Origin: Alphaproteobacteria bacterium
GTDB taxonomy: Bacteria > Pseudomonadota > Alphaproteobacteria > UBA828
Assembly (NCBI GenBank): GCA_965237415.1
Contig: CBDEFM010000001.1
Coordinates: forward strand, 320,001 to 384,000
Direction: 5' to 3'
Length of the DNA stretch: 64,000 bases
Position numbers and translations under genes: made by a program. A model generated the notes under the pieces. The model saw only the letters and a program-made list of their open reading frames with translations. It was not told the DNA's origin and made no database searches. The stretch's first letter is position 1. Each line of letters starts with the position of its first letter. Positions 1 to 9,992 of this stretch are shown here, piece by piece.

Positions 1-86
1 TCTGGGAAACGCTGCGCGAGCTCCCGGTCGCGGGCGAGAGCTTCGGCTACCTGCTGTGGCGAAAACGCAACTGCTGTTTGCTGTGA
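1..86 (+). CDS. traU: TraU conjugative protein, C-terminal end (partial)
   Basis: Frame 3 reads WETLRELPVAGESFGYLLWRKRNCCLL*, the characteristic TraU C-terminus, directly upstream of trbC-traN. Confidence 0.85.
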   Translation, partial: WETLRELPVAGESFGYLLWRKRNCCLL

Positions 87-130
87 ACCCTTTGAAAACA
101 CAAGTGAAAACCGTCCGACAAGGCTCCGCA

Positions 131-871
131 ATGACCGCTATCCGCTCCCGCAACGTCGCTATCTCCCTCGCTGCTGCGATGCTGCTGGCCGCATGCTGCG
201 GCCCGGTCCGGGCGGACGACGCCGGGCCCGTCGCCGTTCCCGGCGATGGCGCGTCGAAGGCTGCGCGCACCCTCGTCGATGAGGTGCTGCGCAAGGCCGG
301 CGGTAGTGAAAACGGCCTCGGCGACTGGACGCAGAAGATCATCGGAGATGCCCTCGACCGCGCGTCCGGCGCCGCCGGGGCCACCCCCGCTCCGCTGCCG
401 GCCGAACGCCACGCAGCGGGCACGCGGGCAGGTCTCGCCGGGCGGCCGAACAGCGCGGAAATCATCGTCTTCACCAGCCTGTCCGTTCCCGCCGCGAGCT
501 GGGCGCAGTGGGCGTCCGAGGCGGCGCGGGTCGGCGTGCCGCTGGTGCTGCGCGGCGTCGGCGAAGACGGATTGCGCGCGACGGTCAAACGAATCGGCGA
601 CCGGATCGATACGCACAAGGTCGGCATCGCCATCGATCCGCGCCTGTTCCGGCTGTTCGGCGTGACCCGTGTCCCCGCCGTCGTCGCGGTCCCGGGCGGC
701 GTGCCGCCCTGCCGGAGCCGGGGCTGCTCGGACGATGCACAGCCGCCCTTCGATCGCGTCGCCGGGAATATCGGTCTCGCCGCCGCCCTCGAAGCCATCG
801 CCGCCGAGGGCGGGCCGGGCCGGGACATTGCACGGCAGCATCTCGGGCGGCTGAGAGGAGAAGAGCGATGA
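131..871 (+). CDS. trbC: F-type pilin assembly protein TrbC
   Basis: IIVFTSLSVPAASW, VPLVLRGV, IAIDPRLFRLFGVTRVPAVV and DRVAGNI motifs; signal peptide; position between traU and traN. Confidence 0.88.
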   Translation: MTAIRSRNVAISLAAAMLLAACCGPVRADDAGPVAVPGDGASKAARTLVDEVLRKAGGSENGLGDWTQKIIGDALDRASGAAGATPAPLPAERHAAGTRAGLAGRPNSAEIIVFTSLSVPAASWAQWASEAARVGVPLVLRGVGEDGLRATVKRIGDRIDTHKVGIAIDPRLFRLFGVTRVPAVVAVPGGVPPCRSRGCSDDAQPPFDRVAGNIGLAAALEAIAAEGGPGRDIARQHLGRLRGEER

Positions 872-2007
872 CCGTGGAGATTCAACCCGAGCGGATCGAC
901 GTCCTGGTCGACCGGGCGACACGGATTGTCCGCCTGCTGGCCTGGCTCGTGGCGCTTGCCTGTGCGGTGCTCCTGTTCGCCCTCCTCTCGGCGGCGGCGG
1001 CGGCGGCGGAAGATCCGAAGGCGGCCGCCCGCGAAATCGGCCGGGCGGGAACCACGGCGGCGGGCGCGATCGCGAAGAGCGCCGGCAGCGCGGCGACCGT
1101 GCCGGGCTATGCCGGGACCGACGTGCCCGAACGCGGCATCGGGGCGGGCGCGCTACAGGACGCGGCGAAAGCAAGGCTCGCCGATCCGCACGATCCCGGC
1201 GGGGCGGCCGGGCGCGCGGTGATCGAGGGCACCGTGAACCGGCCCGCCGCGGAGGTGCCGGCGAGCGATCCGGCGGTGGTCCGCTCGGAGGGTATCGCGG
1301 TGTCGCCGCAGTCCCCGGCCCATGGTGCTTCCGGGCTCGCCTCGGGCAGCGTCTCCGACTGCGGCAAGGAGCTTGAGGATGCCCAGGATGGCGGGGCCTG
1401 CGGCGCCGTGCGCTGGTGCGTGGGCGCGGGCTGCGAGAGCGTATCGGGGCAGTCCAACACCGGGTTCGTGAACGCCACGACCCGGCTCAACATGGCGCTG
1501 GAGCTCGGCGGCGAGGAATTCGACCGCGACGACATGCGCTTCTTCACCGGCAAGCGCCGGGCCTGCACCATCAGGCTGTTCGGCCTCGCCAACTGCTGCA
1601 AGAACTCGGGCGCCCTGGTCGGGCTCGCCGGGTGCAGCGCCGAAGAGATCGAGCTCGCGGAGGAACGCAACGGCGGCAACACCCACTATCTGGGGAGTTA
1701 CTGCGCGAAGCGCACCTTCTTCGGGGTGTGCATCCGCCGGGCGCGCGCCTGGTGCGTGTTCGGCTCCAAGCTCGGGCGCATCCTGCAGGAGCAGGGGCGC
1801 AGCCAGCTCGGGGTCGGCTGGGGCGACTGCCGGGGGCTGTCGGTCGCCGAGATCGAGGGCATCGACTTCGAGAGGCTCGACCTCTCCGAGTTCACCGAGA
1901 ACCTGATGGACGGTGGCCAGGAGCCCGCGATCTCGCTGCCCGAGGCGGGCGACACGCAGTCGGTCATGCGGGACCGCGTCCGCGACTTCTACCGGCGGGG
2001 CGAATGA
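868..2007 (+). CDS. traN: Mating-pair stabilisation protein TraN (short, 379 aa)
   Basis: Cys-rich C-terminus (FTGKRRAC, NCCKN, HYLGSYCAKR, WCVFGSKLGRILQEQGRSQLG, DCRG, IDFERLDLSEF); ATGA overlap with trbC. Confidence 0.88.
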   Translation: MTVEIQPERIDVLVDRATRIVRLLAWLVALACAVLLFALLSAAAAAAEDPKAAAREIGRAGTTAAGAIAKSAGSAATVPGYAGTDVPERGIGAGALQDAAKARLADPHDPGGAAGRAVIEGTVNRPAAEVPASDPAVVRSEGIAVSPQSPAHGASGLASGSVSDCGKELEDAQDGGACGAVRWCVGAGCESVSGQSNTGFVNATTRLNMALELGGEEFDRDDMRFFTGKRRACTIRLFGLANCCKNSGALVGLAGCSAEEIELAEERNGGNTHYLGSYCAKRTFFGVCIRRARAWCVFGSKLGRILQEQGRSQLGVGWGDCRGLSVAEIEGIDFERLDLSEFTENLMDGGQEPAISLPEAGDTQSVMRDRVRDFYRRGE

Positions 2008-2822
2008 TGACGCCCGGCATGAAACATGCGGTCGTGGCGTGTGGGGTCTCGATACTCCTTGCCGGGCCGCTCACGGCAGAGGCCGCGGGCGGCGAATGGC
2101 GGTCCTGGTGCAGCCCCGACGGCTCGAACGCTTCCCTCGGCTGGCACTTCTATTGCGACCGGGACGAGGCGTCGGAACCGGAGGTTCGTGCGCCCGCACC
2201 GCAATCCGGGCAGCAGAGCGCAACCGGGCGAATCCTGGAGATTCGCCGGCAACTGGAAGAGGCCCGCGCGGCGGCCGTGCTCGATCCGACGCCGGATAAG
2301 GTGGCCTCCTATCTGCGCCTGCAACAGGAAACCCTGCAACGCGCCGCCGCTTTTTCCGACGTGTTCCGCCGCACGGTTTGGGCGACGCCCGAGCTCGACT
2401 ACACCCTGAAACGCCCGGTCGGCGCGCTCGCCAAGCAGCTCTGGTCCGACGAGCGGCGCGAGGCACGAAACACGGCGCTGGCGCGGCTCGGGGAGCGCTA
2501 CGGGCTGATCTATCTCGGCCATGCCGGCTGCGCCGGATGCAAGGTGTTCGGCCCGCTGCTGCGTGCATTCGCGACGCGCCACGGCCTCGACGTGCTGGCC
2601 GTGTCGATGTCCGGCGAGGCGCTGGAAGGCTGGCCGGAGGCGGTGCCCGACAATGGCCGAGCCGCCAGGCTCGGGCTTGCCGGTTCCCCGGTCCCGGCCG
2701 TCGTGCTGTTCGACACGAAGACCAAGCGGGTGCTGCCGGTCGGCTTCGGCGTGATGGCCGAGGACCAGCTGGCGATGCGCATCTTCACCCTCACAGCGCA
2801 GGAGCCCGGCCGTGACTATTGA
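2004..2822 (+). CDS. traF: Thioredoxin-like pilus assembly protein TraF
   Basis: GWHFYCD motif, CAGC (CxxC), PAVVLFD...GFGVM; lies between traN and traH. Confidence 0.88.
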   Translation: MMTPGMKHAVVACGVSILLAGPLTAEAAGGEWRSWCSPDGSNASLGWHFYCDRDEASEPEVRAPAPQSGQQSATGRILEIRRQLEEARAAAVLDPTPDKVASYLRLQQETLQRAAAFSDVFRRTVWATPELDYTLKRPVGALAKQLWSDERREARNTALARLGERYGLIYLGHAGCAGCKVFGPLLRAFATRHGLDVLAVSMSGEALEGWPEAVPDNGRAARLGLAGSPVPAVVLFDTKTKRVLPVGFGVMAEDQLAMRIFTLTAQEPGRDY

Positions 2823-4248
2823 TCCGAGAATGGGCGCGATTTGCGCCGCCCTGGCGCTCGCGCTGACGGGCGCCATTCCCGGTGCAGGCCCCGCCTCCGC
2901 CGACGTGCTGTCGGAGATGAACCGCTTCTGGCAGGGCGCGGCGGTCAACACCACCGGCCCGACCGCGTTCCAGGGCCAGGCCTCGGGCCACTGGACGCTC
3001 GGCAATCTCTATCTGAGATCGCCGGTGCGCTCGGAGCAGGTCGCGACGGTGAACCTGCCCTCGTTCCGGGCCGGCTGCGGCGGCATCGACGCCTTCGCCG
3101 GCGCCTTCTCCTTCATCGACTCCGACCAGTTGATCGCGTTTGCCCGCGCGGTCGCCCAGAACGCCGCCGGCTTCGCCTTCGAGCTCGCCCTGGAGACCAT
3201 CTCGCCGGTGATCGCCGAGACCATGTCGAAGCTGCGGGCGCTGGCGCAGTGGGTCAACAGCCAGAACCTGAACAGCTGCGAGACCGCCCAGGCGCTGGTC
3301 GGCGCCGCGTGGTCGAAGAACGACCGTGCATCCGCCTCGATCTGCGCCGCCATCGGCACGTCGCAGGGGATCTTCTCGGACTATGCCGCGGCCAAGCACG
3401 GCTGCGGCTCGGAGGGCAAGCGCAACTCGACGCTGGCGTCCGCCTCGGGCGCCATGGCCGACCAGGTGCCGGTCAATGTCAACTATGCCTGGAAGGCGGT
3501 TCGGGCGTCGTCCTTCCTCGCGGGGGATGCGCAGCTTGCGGAGTTCGCGATGTCGGTCACCGGCACGGTGATCGTCACCGCGCCGACCTCGGACGGGGAT
3601 TCGTCGGGTCCGCGCGTCCGCATCCTCGAGCCGCTGGCCCTCGACCGCCGCGTGACGGAAATCCTGATGGAGGGCGGTGGCGACCTGCCGGTCTATCGCT
3701 GCGATACGACGGCGCTCTGCCTCAACCCGACGCTCGGGCGGGTGACCATACCGGCCGACCGGGGCTTCCGGGCCCGCGTCGCCGACCTGCTGCGCGATCT
3801 GGTCGACGCGGTACGGACCGACACCGCGCCGCCGGCCGAAGCGCTCGGGCTGGTCAACCTCACCACGCTTCCGGTCTACCGGGTCGCCAATACCGCCGCG
3901 GCCTATCGCGGCGCGGTGGTCGACCAGGAGATGGACGCGCTGGCCGAAGCCGTCGCGCTCGACATATTGCAGGTCTGGATCTCGGACCTGCACCGCACCG
4001 TCGAGGAACGCGCCGGGACGCTGGACATCGCCGACGGCGAGCAGTTGCGGCGCTGGCGCGAGGGGCTGCGCGCCAACCGCATTGCGCTCGCCCGCCACCG
4101 CCACGAGGGGCTGGAGCGTTTCAACACGGCGCTCTCCGTGGTCGAGAAGCTGCGCCTGATCGAGACCGAGCTCGCCGGTGCGCTCAGCGCCGACCTGCGT
4201 GCCGCCCTGGCCTTCGCGCGCGGCGGCGCCGGCGCCGGATCGCGATAG
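2812..4248 (+). CDS. traH: Pilus assembly protein TraH
   Basis: NTTGPTAFQGQASGHWTLG, LPSFRAGCGGIDAFAGAFSFI and NLNSCETAQALV motifs; start could be ATG 2830. Confidence 0.92.
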   Translation: MTIDPRMGAICAALALALTGAIPGAGPASADVLSEMNRFWQGAAVNTTGPTAFQGQASGHWTLGNLYLRSPVRSEQVATVNLPSFRAGCGGIDAFAGAFSFIDSDQLIAFARAVAQNAAGFAFELALETISPVIAETMSKLRALAQWVNSQNLNSCETAQALVGAAWSKNDRASASICAAIGTSQGIFSDYAAAKHGCGSEGKRNSTLASASGAMADQVPVNVNYAWKAVRASSFLAGDAQLAEFAMSVTGTVIVTAPTSDGDSSGPRVRILEPLALDRRVTEILMEGGGDLPVYRCDTTALCLNPTLGRVTIPADRGFRARVADLLRDLVDAVRTDTAPPAEALGLVNLTTLPVYRVANTAAAYRGAVVDQEMDALAEAVALDILQVWISDLHRTVEERAGTLDIADGEQLRRWREGLRANRIALARHRHEGLERFNTALSVVEKLRLIETELAGALSADLRAALAFARGGAGAGSR

Positions 4249-4251
4249 CGC

Positions 4252-7215
4252 ATGTTCGAACTCTTCACCCTCGGCGGCGGCACCTACCTGGTCGACCTGC
4301 TGAACGCGGTCGCCGCGATCACCGGCGGCGATGCCTATGTGACGCTGGCCCAGCTCGCGGGCGCGGCGGGCCTCGCCTGGGTCCTGTTCAGAACGGCGTT
4401 CGGCGGCTCGTGGAAGGACAATGCGAAGTGGATGCTGCTGTTCGTCGCCGTCTGGGGCGCGATGATCGTGCCCAAGGCGACGGTCCGGGTGGTCGACCGG
4501 ATCGACCCGGCGCTCGCGCCCGCCGTGGTCGCCAATGTGCCGATCGGTCTCGCGCTGTTCGCGTCATTGACCTCGCAGGTCGGCGACGGGCTGACGCGGC
4601 TCACCGAACAGGCCTTCACCCTGCCGGACGATCTCGCCTACCAGCGTCACGGCATGATCTTCGGGGCGCGCCTGGCCGCCGCCGCGACCCGCCTCGAAAT
4701 CACCGACACCGTGTTCGCCCGCAACCTCCGCAACTACGCCCGACAATGCATCTTCCACGCCCTGCTGCTCGGCCATATAACCGCCGACGATCTGCGCGAA
4801 TCGACCGATATATGGCGGCTGGTCACGGCTACCGGTTCGCCCTCGGCGGGCGCCTCGCCCGCGCGCATGTTCGAGTTCGCGACCCGGCTGCCCGCCGTCG
4901 GCACCGGGGCGACCCCGATGATGCGCGAGATCGTCACCTGCCAGGTCGGCGCGGGCCGGCTCAACGCGCTCTGGGCGGGCGAGATCGCACGGGCCGGCAC
5001 GGTGTTCGGGCGAAGGCTGTTCCCGGGCGAACGCACCGACGCGCTCGCCCGCGCGGAGTTTCTGGCGGCCCTGCCCGCCGCCCACGACTTCCTGGTCGGC
5101 GCCTCGCGCTCGGCCGGCGAGATCATGCGCCAGCAGATGGTGCTGAACGCGATCCACGACGCCGGCGAGCAATGGGCGGCGGAAGCCGGCAACGCCGCCG
5201 CCTTGCGCTCCTATACCGAGGCCCGCGCCGAGGCCCAGACCGTGTCCGCCTACCGGGCCATCGGCAGGCAGGCCGAGACCTGGGTGCCGCTGCTGCGCAT
5301 CGTCTTCGAGTGCCTCTATATCGGCGCCTTCCCGATGGCGGTGCTGCTGATGCTGACCCCGGCGGGGACCGCGATATTCCGCTCCTATGTCACGGGGTTG
5401 GTCTGGCTCCAGTCCTGGGGGCCGCTCTACGCCGTCCTGCACCGTATCGCCATGGGCGAGGCGGCCGAGCGCATGAACGCCATCGCGGCGATGCCGGGCG
5501 GCGATATCGGCATCTCGCTGGTGGCGCAGGCCGGAATCCGCGCCGTGGCGTCGGATGTCGCGGTGATGTCGGGCTATCTCTCGATGTCGGTGCCGTTCCT
5601 CGCCGCGGCGCTCGCCTACGGGCTTTCCAAGGCGACGGTGCTCGCGACCTCGGTGCTGGCCGTCGGCCAGGACGCGGCCTCCTCGGCGGCGCATGAAAGC
5701 ACGACCGGCAACCTGTCGCTCGCCAACACGAGCCAGGATACCCATCGCTTCGCCACGCTGGAGGGGCGCCAGATCCGCACGTCGGCCCATGTCGATACCG
5801 ACCGCTATACCGGCTATGCGCCGGCCGGCGCCGGGATGACGGTGACCGGCGACGGCACTGTGGTGGCGGATGCCGGGGGCGCAACCAGCCGCATACCGGC
5901 CGCCGGGGTCAGGTTGTCGGAGTCTCTGGCGACCAGCCACGAGAACCGCGCGTCCGAGGCGCGCACCCTGTCGCGCCACTGGTCGGCGGAGGCCGGCATG
6001 GCGCGCAACGCAGCCGTGACCGACGCCACTCAATTGGTCGAGCGCTACAGCCATGACGTTAATACGGGCGAGGCCCATGCCCGCGGGGTTACGGAAAGCG
6101 AGAGTTCCCAGGCGCAGGCGCTCGAATCGCATGTCGAGAAGATGTCGGAGACGGCCGGGATCACCCGGAACCAGATGGCGACCCTCGTCGGCGAGGCGAA
6201 GGTCGGCGGAGGCTGGGACTTCATCGTGAAGATCGGCGCCGACGGCTCGGCGTCATGGCGCGGCCAGACCATCGAGAAGGAGGCCTGGAACCGCGTGAAG
6301 GACTATGACGAGAGCAATCAGGTGACCGAGCTCTGGTCGCGCGTCTCGGACGCCTCGCGCCGCTATTCCACCGCCACCGGCGAGAGCGAGGTGGCGAGCC
6401 TCGACGAGAGCCTGTCGGCCAATCTCACCCGCATGCGCCGCTTCGAGGAGCGCGCTTCGCTCTCGCGCCAGGAATCCGAGACCTGGTCGGAGCAGGCGGC
6501 GCAGGTCCGCTCCGACGCCCAGTCGATCGAGCGCGAGCTCGGCCAGCCCTTCTTCGCCTGGCTGTCGGAGCGCGAGGGCGCGGACGGCCGGCCGATCGGC
6601 GCCGCCGGCGCGATGCGCCTCGCCTCGCCCCAGACCGCGGAGGATGCCGAGTCCTTGCGCGAGCACGCCGCCGCCTTCATCGCGGAGCGCTTCCCGGCGC
6701 CGGCCGGGCCGGATCCGGCGACGATCGGCGGCGAAGCGGAATACGGCGCGGCCCGTAACACCCTTTCCGAATCTTACGCCCGCGAGACCGCGGCCGCCCA
6801 TGGCGGCTGGTCCGAGGGCGTGCGCGACCGGGCCTATGTCGCCGGCGCGCCGATACCGGGCGAGGTGGAGGCGGCGGCCCGGGGCGAGCGGGCAGGAACG
6901 CGTGCCGACATGATGGTGAGCGAGGCCGGGCGCGAGGCGCGGACCGGACTGACGCAGCAGAAGGCGCGGGAAGGCCGCGTCGGCGTGGCGGTCGAGACGG
7001 AGAGGCCGTTCGAGGAACACGCCACCCGGGACCTGCCGGTGGTCGGCGACTGGCTCGCGGGCAAGCTCTACGGCACCGCGAAGAACGCCGTGCCGGACGG
7101 CAACGACGTATCGGGCGAGGACGCAGGGAGCGATGCCGGGGACGCGGAGACCCCGGCGCGCCCGTCCGCCGAAGACATGAAGCGGTGGCGCCACGGCGGC
7201 CGGAACAGGGATTAG
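4252..7215 (+). CDS. traG: Conjugal transfer protein TraG (TraG_N membrane domain plus long C-terminal region)
   Basis: MFELFTLGGG..LLNAVAA start, VANVPIGLA, several TM segments, LVWLQSWGPLYAVL; follows traH. Confidence 0.9.
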   Translation: MFELFTLGGGTYLVDLLNAVAAITGGDAYVTLAQLAGAAGLAWVLFRTAFGGSWKDNAKWMLLFVAVWGAMIVPKATVRVVDRIDPALAPAVVANVPIGLALFASLTSQVGDGLTRLTEQAFTLPDDLAYQRHGMIFGARLAAAATRLEITDTVFARNLRNYARQCIFHALLLGHITADDLRESTDIWRLVTATGSPSAGASPARMFEFATRLPAVGTGATPMMREIVTCQVGAGRLNALWAGEIARAGTVFGRRLFPGERTDALARAEFLAALPAAHDFLVGASRSAGEIMRQQMVLNAIHDAGEQWAAEAGNAAALRSYTEARAEAQTVSAYRAIGRQAETWVPLLRIVFECLYIGAFPMAVLLMLTPAGTAIFRSYVTGLVWLQSWGPLYAVLHRIAMGEAAERMNAIAAMPGGDIGISLVAQAGIRAVASDVAVMSGYLSMSVPFLAAALAYGLSKATVLATSVLAVGQDAASSAAHESTTGNLSLANTSQDTHRFATLEGRQIRTSAHVDTDRYTGYAPAGAGMTVTGDGTVVADAGGATSRIPAAGVRLSESLATSHENRASEARTLSRHWSAEAGMARNAAVTDATQLVERYSHDVNTGEAHARGVTESESSQAQALESHVEKMSETAGITRNQMATLVGEAKVGGGWDFIVKIGADGSASWRGQTIEKEAWNRVKDYDESNQVTELWSRVSDASRRYSTATGESEVASLDESLSANLTRMRRFEERASLSRQESETWSEQAAQVRSDAQSIERELGQPFFAWLSEREGADGRPIGAAGAMRLASPQTAEDAESLREHAAAFIAERFPAPAGPDPATIGGEAEYGAARNTLSESYARETAAAHGGWSEGVRDRAYVAGAPIPGEVEAAARGERAGTRADMMVSEAGREARTGLTQQKAREGRVGVAVETERPFEEHATRDLPVVGDWLAGKLYGTAKNAVPDGNDVSGEDAGSDAGDAETPARPSAEDMKRWRHGGRNRD

Positions 7216-7226
7216 GCGTGACGGTG

Positions 7227-7586
7227 TCAGCGCAAATGATTGTCGTCGTGCAGCAGCCGGTCTTCGTCCTCGCCGAGCCAGTCATAGCGGCCTGTGCGGG
7301 ACGCAAACTCGTCGATGTCCCCGTCATCCTCCGGAAACCGGTGGCGGCGGAAGGCGGACCAGTCGCCGTGCCGGAAACCGTGCAGGAGCGCGCCCGCGAG
7401 GCTGGCGAGCACCGTCCAGGCGATGGCCGCCAGCCACAGCGGCCCGAGGAGCGCGGTATCGGCGCCGGAGCCGAGCGCGGCGCCGGTCGCGAGGACGGCG
7501 AGCGCGAGCGGGCCGAGCACGGCGGCGGGCGCGCGCCAGGCCGCGCGGCGGCCGCTCTGCGTGGACATCGTTTGCACCATGGTCAT
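7227..7586 (-). CDS. Small membrane protein convergent on traG; candidate entry-exclusion factor
   Basis: 119 aa, two hydrophobic segments, acidic C-terminal tail, GGAGG RBS; 11 bp from the traG stop. Confidence 0.6.
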   Translation of the reverse strand: MTMVQTMSTQSGRRAAWRAPAAVLGPLALAVLATGAALGSGADTALLGPLWLAAIAWTVLASLAGALLHGFRHGDWSAFRRHRFPEDDGDIDEFASRTGRYDWLGEDEDRLLHDDNHLR

Positions 7587-7753
7587 GACCTCCGGGCATA
7601 CACAGGGGATTGCGTTGCGGATCGGGCCGGCGAAGCGCGCTTCACCCTCTCCGCCCCGGGTCCCTTCGCCCCGCCCCCCGCCCGCCTCGACCTCCGGGCG
7701 CAGCGAAGCAGGCGCCTGTCGAAGACACCGGATTGTTCGGGGAGGCCCCTGCC

Positions 7754-9991
7754 ATGAGAACGGTCGGCAGCAGCACGCTGCGCGGCGGCCAGACCGTGTT
7801 CCACGGGCTGCGCATGTGGGGACAGCTCCTGCGCGCCGCGGTCTTCCTCTCCGCCTTCGCCATCGTCGCGGCGCCCGGCTGGCACATCTGGCGCAACACC
7901 ACCGGCTACGAGTGGTATGCCGCCGGCCTCGTCACCGTGGCCGAGGCCAAGCTCGGCATCGGCTACCGCGAGACCGCGATGCAGGAGGTGCGTATGGCGG
8001 ACGGCAGCACCGCCGTGCTCTCGGTCCGCGAGCTCGCCCGCTCGCCCCGGGCTCTTGCCGTGCGCGATCGGCTCAAGGACGAGGTGTTCGCGAGCGCCTG
8101 GCTCGGCGCCAAGGCCTCGCTCGCCGTCATCGGGCTGTTCCTCGCGCTGTTCTGGTACCGGGGCTGGCAGCTCCACCGCGCGCGCCGGGTGCGCGGCGCC
8201 GAGCTCGCCACCGCGCGGCAGCTGCGCCGCCGCGTCCAGCCGCTGCCGGCCCGCCTGCTCCAGGGCCTCACCCTGCCGTTCGGTCCGGGCCGTCCCGGCC
8301 CCTACCGCATCGCCGGCGTGCCGTTTCCCGAACGCATCGAGACCCAGCACACCATCGTCTCGGGCACCACCGGCTCGGGCAAGACGGTGCTGATCTCCAA
8401 TCTCGTCACCCAGATCCGAGCCCGCGGCGAGCGCTGCGTCATCTACGACAAGATGGGGAGCTACACCCAGGCGTTCTACGATCCCGGCCGCGACGTGCTG
8501 ATGAACCCGCTCGATGCGAGGGCGCCGCGCTGGTCGCCCTTCTATGAGGCCCGCAGCCCGCGCGACTTCGACATGATGGCGGCGGCGCTGATCCCGCAGC
8601 AGAAGGACACCGTCGACCCGTTCTGGGTGACGGCCGCCCGCCAGCTCTTCTCGAACGGGGCCGGCGTGCTCTGGGAGCGCGGCGTCCGGGAGAACAAGGT
8701 CCTGGTCGACCATCTGCTCAAGACCGAGCTCACGGCGCTCGCCAAGGCGATGGAAGGCACCGTCGCCCAGTCGATCGTCGATCCCGAGAACCCCAAGACC
8801 GCGCTCTCGGTGCGGGCCATGCTGACCGCGCATCTGGGCGCGCTGGAGTTCCTGCCCGATACCGGCGATCCGTTCTCGATCCGCGACTGGATATCGCGCG
8901 AGGGCGGCGGCGGGTGCCTGTTCCTGACCTCGCGCGGCGACCAGCATGCGTCCTTGCGCGGCCTGATCTCGACCTGGCTGGAGATCGCGGTCAACGCGAT
9001 GCTGTCGCTCGCTCAGGACGACGGGCGGCGCATCTGGGTCATCCTCGACGAGCTCCCCACCCTCCACCAGGTGCCGTCGCTTCAGCCGGGCCTTTCGGAA
9101 TCGCGCCAGTTCGGCGGCTGCTTCGTGCTCGGCGTCCAGGTCATCTCGGCCCTGCGCGACCTCTACGGGAGGAACGGCGCCGAGACCGTCTCGGGGCTGT
9201 GCGGCACCCGCGTCGTGCTGGCCTCGCCCGACCGCGACACCGCGCAATGGTCGGCCGACAGCCTGGGCCGGAGCGAGGTCGAGGAGGTCGCCGAGGGCTT
9301 CTCCTACGGCGCCAACACCATCCGCGACGGCGTCTCGCTGACGCCGAAGCGCGAGCTCCGGGCGCTGGCGCTGCCGTCCGAGATCATGCGGCTCGAAAAC
9401 CTCGCAGGCTATCTCCGCTTCCCCGGCCCGCTTCCGGTCGCCACCATCCGCCTCGACTACGTCGACCGGCCCAAGGCGGCCGAGCGCTTCGTGCCGCGGG
9501 ACGACGCGCGGGACGACGCAGGGGACGACGGGCGGGGGGACGGGCCGAAGGCGGAGCCGTCGCCGGCCTTGCCGAAGCCGGACGATGGCGGCCCGGACAC
9601 GGCGGCGGCAACGGAAGCGGAGATGCCGGACCCGCAGGGCGAGCTCGAATTCTGGTCGCAGGCCTGTGACGGCGACTCCCGTGACGACTCCGGCAGCAAC
9701 CCTGGTTCGGAGCCGTCCCCGGCGGCACCCGACGCGGCGGTAGGAGAGGACCGCGAGGACGAGGCGGACGGCAAGGCGGGCGTTATGGACGTCCCGCCGT
9801 CGCCGGAGTTGCCGGCGGAGGAATCCGAGGCGGAACGAACGGACCGGCTGGCGGCCGTTGACGGTGAAACGCCTGGCTCTGCCGAACCCGCCGCTCCCGC
9901 CGGCAACCGGAAGCAAGACGGCATCGGCGGCTCCGGCTCCGCGTCGCAGGCTCCCGTTCCCGCCCGCTCCAGGGCACGCGAGTGGTTCTGA
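7754..9991 (+). CDS. traD: Type IV coupling protein TraD/TrwB
   Basis: Two N-terminal TM segments, Walker A GTTGSGKT, IYDKMG, Walker B WVILDEL, acidic disordered C-terminal tail. Confidence 0.93.
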   Translation: MRTVGSSTLRGGQTVFHGLRMWGQLLRAAVFLSAFAIVAAPGWHIWRNTTGYEWYAAGLVTVAEAKLGIGYRETAMQEVRMADGSTAVLSVRELARSPRALAVRDRLKDEVFASAWLGAKASLAVIGLFLALFWYRGWQLHRARRVRGAELATARQLRRRVQPLPARLLQGLTLPFGPGRPGPYRIAGVPFPERIETQHTIVSGTTGSGKTVLISNLVTQIRARGERCVIYDKMGSYTQAFYDPGRDVLMNPLDARAPRWSPFYEARSPRDFDMMAAALIPQQKDTVDPFWVTAARQLFSNGAGVLWERGVRENKVLVDHLLKTELTALAKAMEGTVAQSIVDPENPKTALSVRAMLTAHLGALEFLPDTGDPFSIRDWISREGGGGCLFLTSRGDQHASLRGLISTWLEIAVNAMLSLAQDDGRRIWVILDELPTLHQVPSLQPGLSESRQFGGCFVLGVQVISALRDLYGRNGAETVSGLCGTRVVLASPDRDTAQWSADSLGRSEVEEVAEGFSYGANTIRDGVSLTPKRELRALALPSEIMRLENLAGYLRFPGPLPVATIRLDYVDRPKAAERFVPRDDARDDAGDDGRGDGPKAEPSPALPKPDDGGPDTAAATEAEMPDPQGELEFWSQACDGDSRDDSGSNPGSEPSPAAPDAAVGEDREDEADGKAGVMDVPPSPELPAEESEAERTDRLAAVDGETPGSAEPAAPAGNRKQDGIGGSGSASQAPVPARSRAREWF

Positions 9992-9992
9992 G

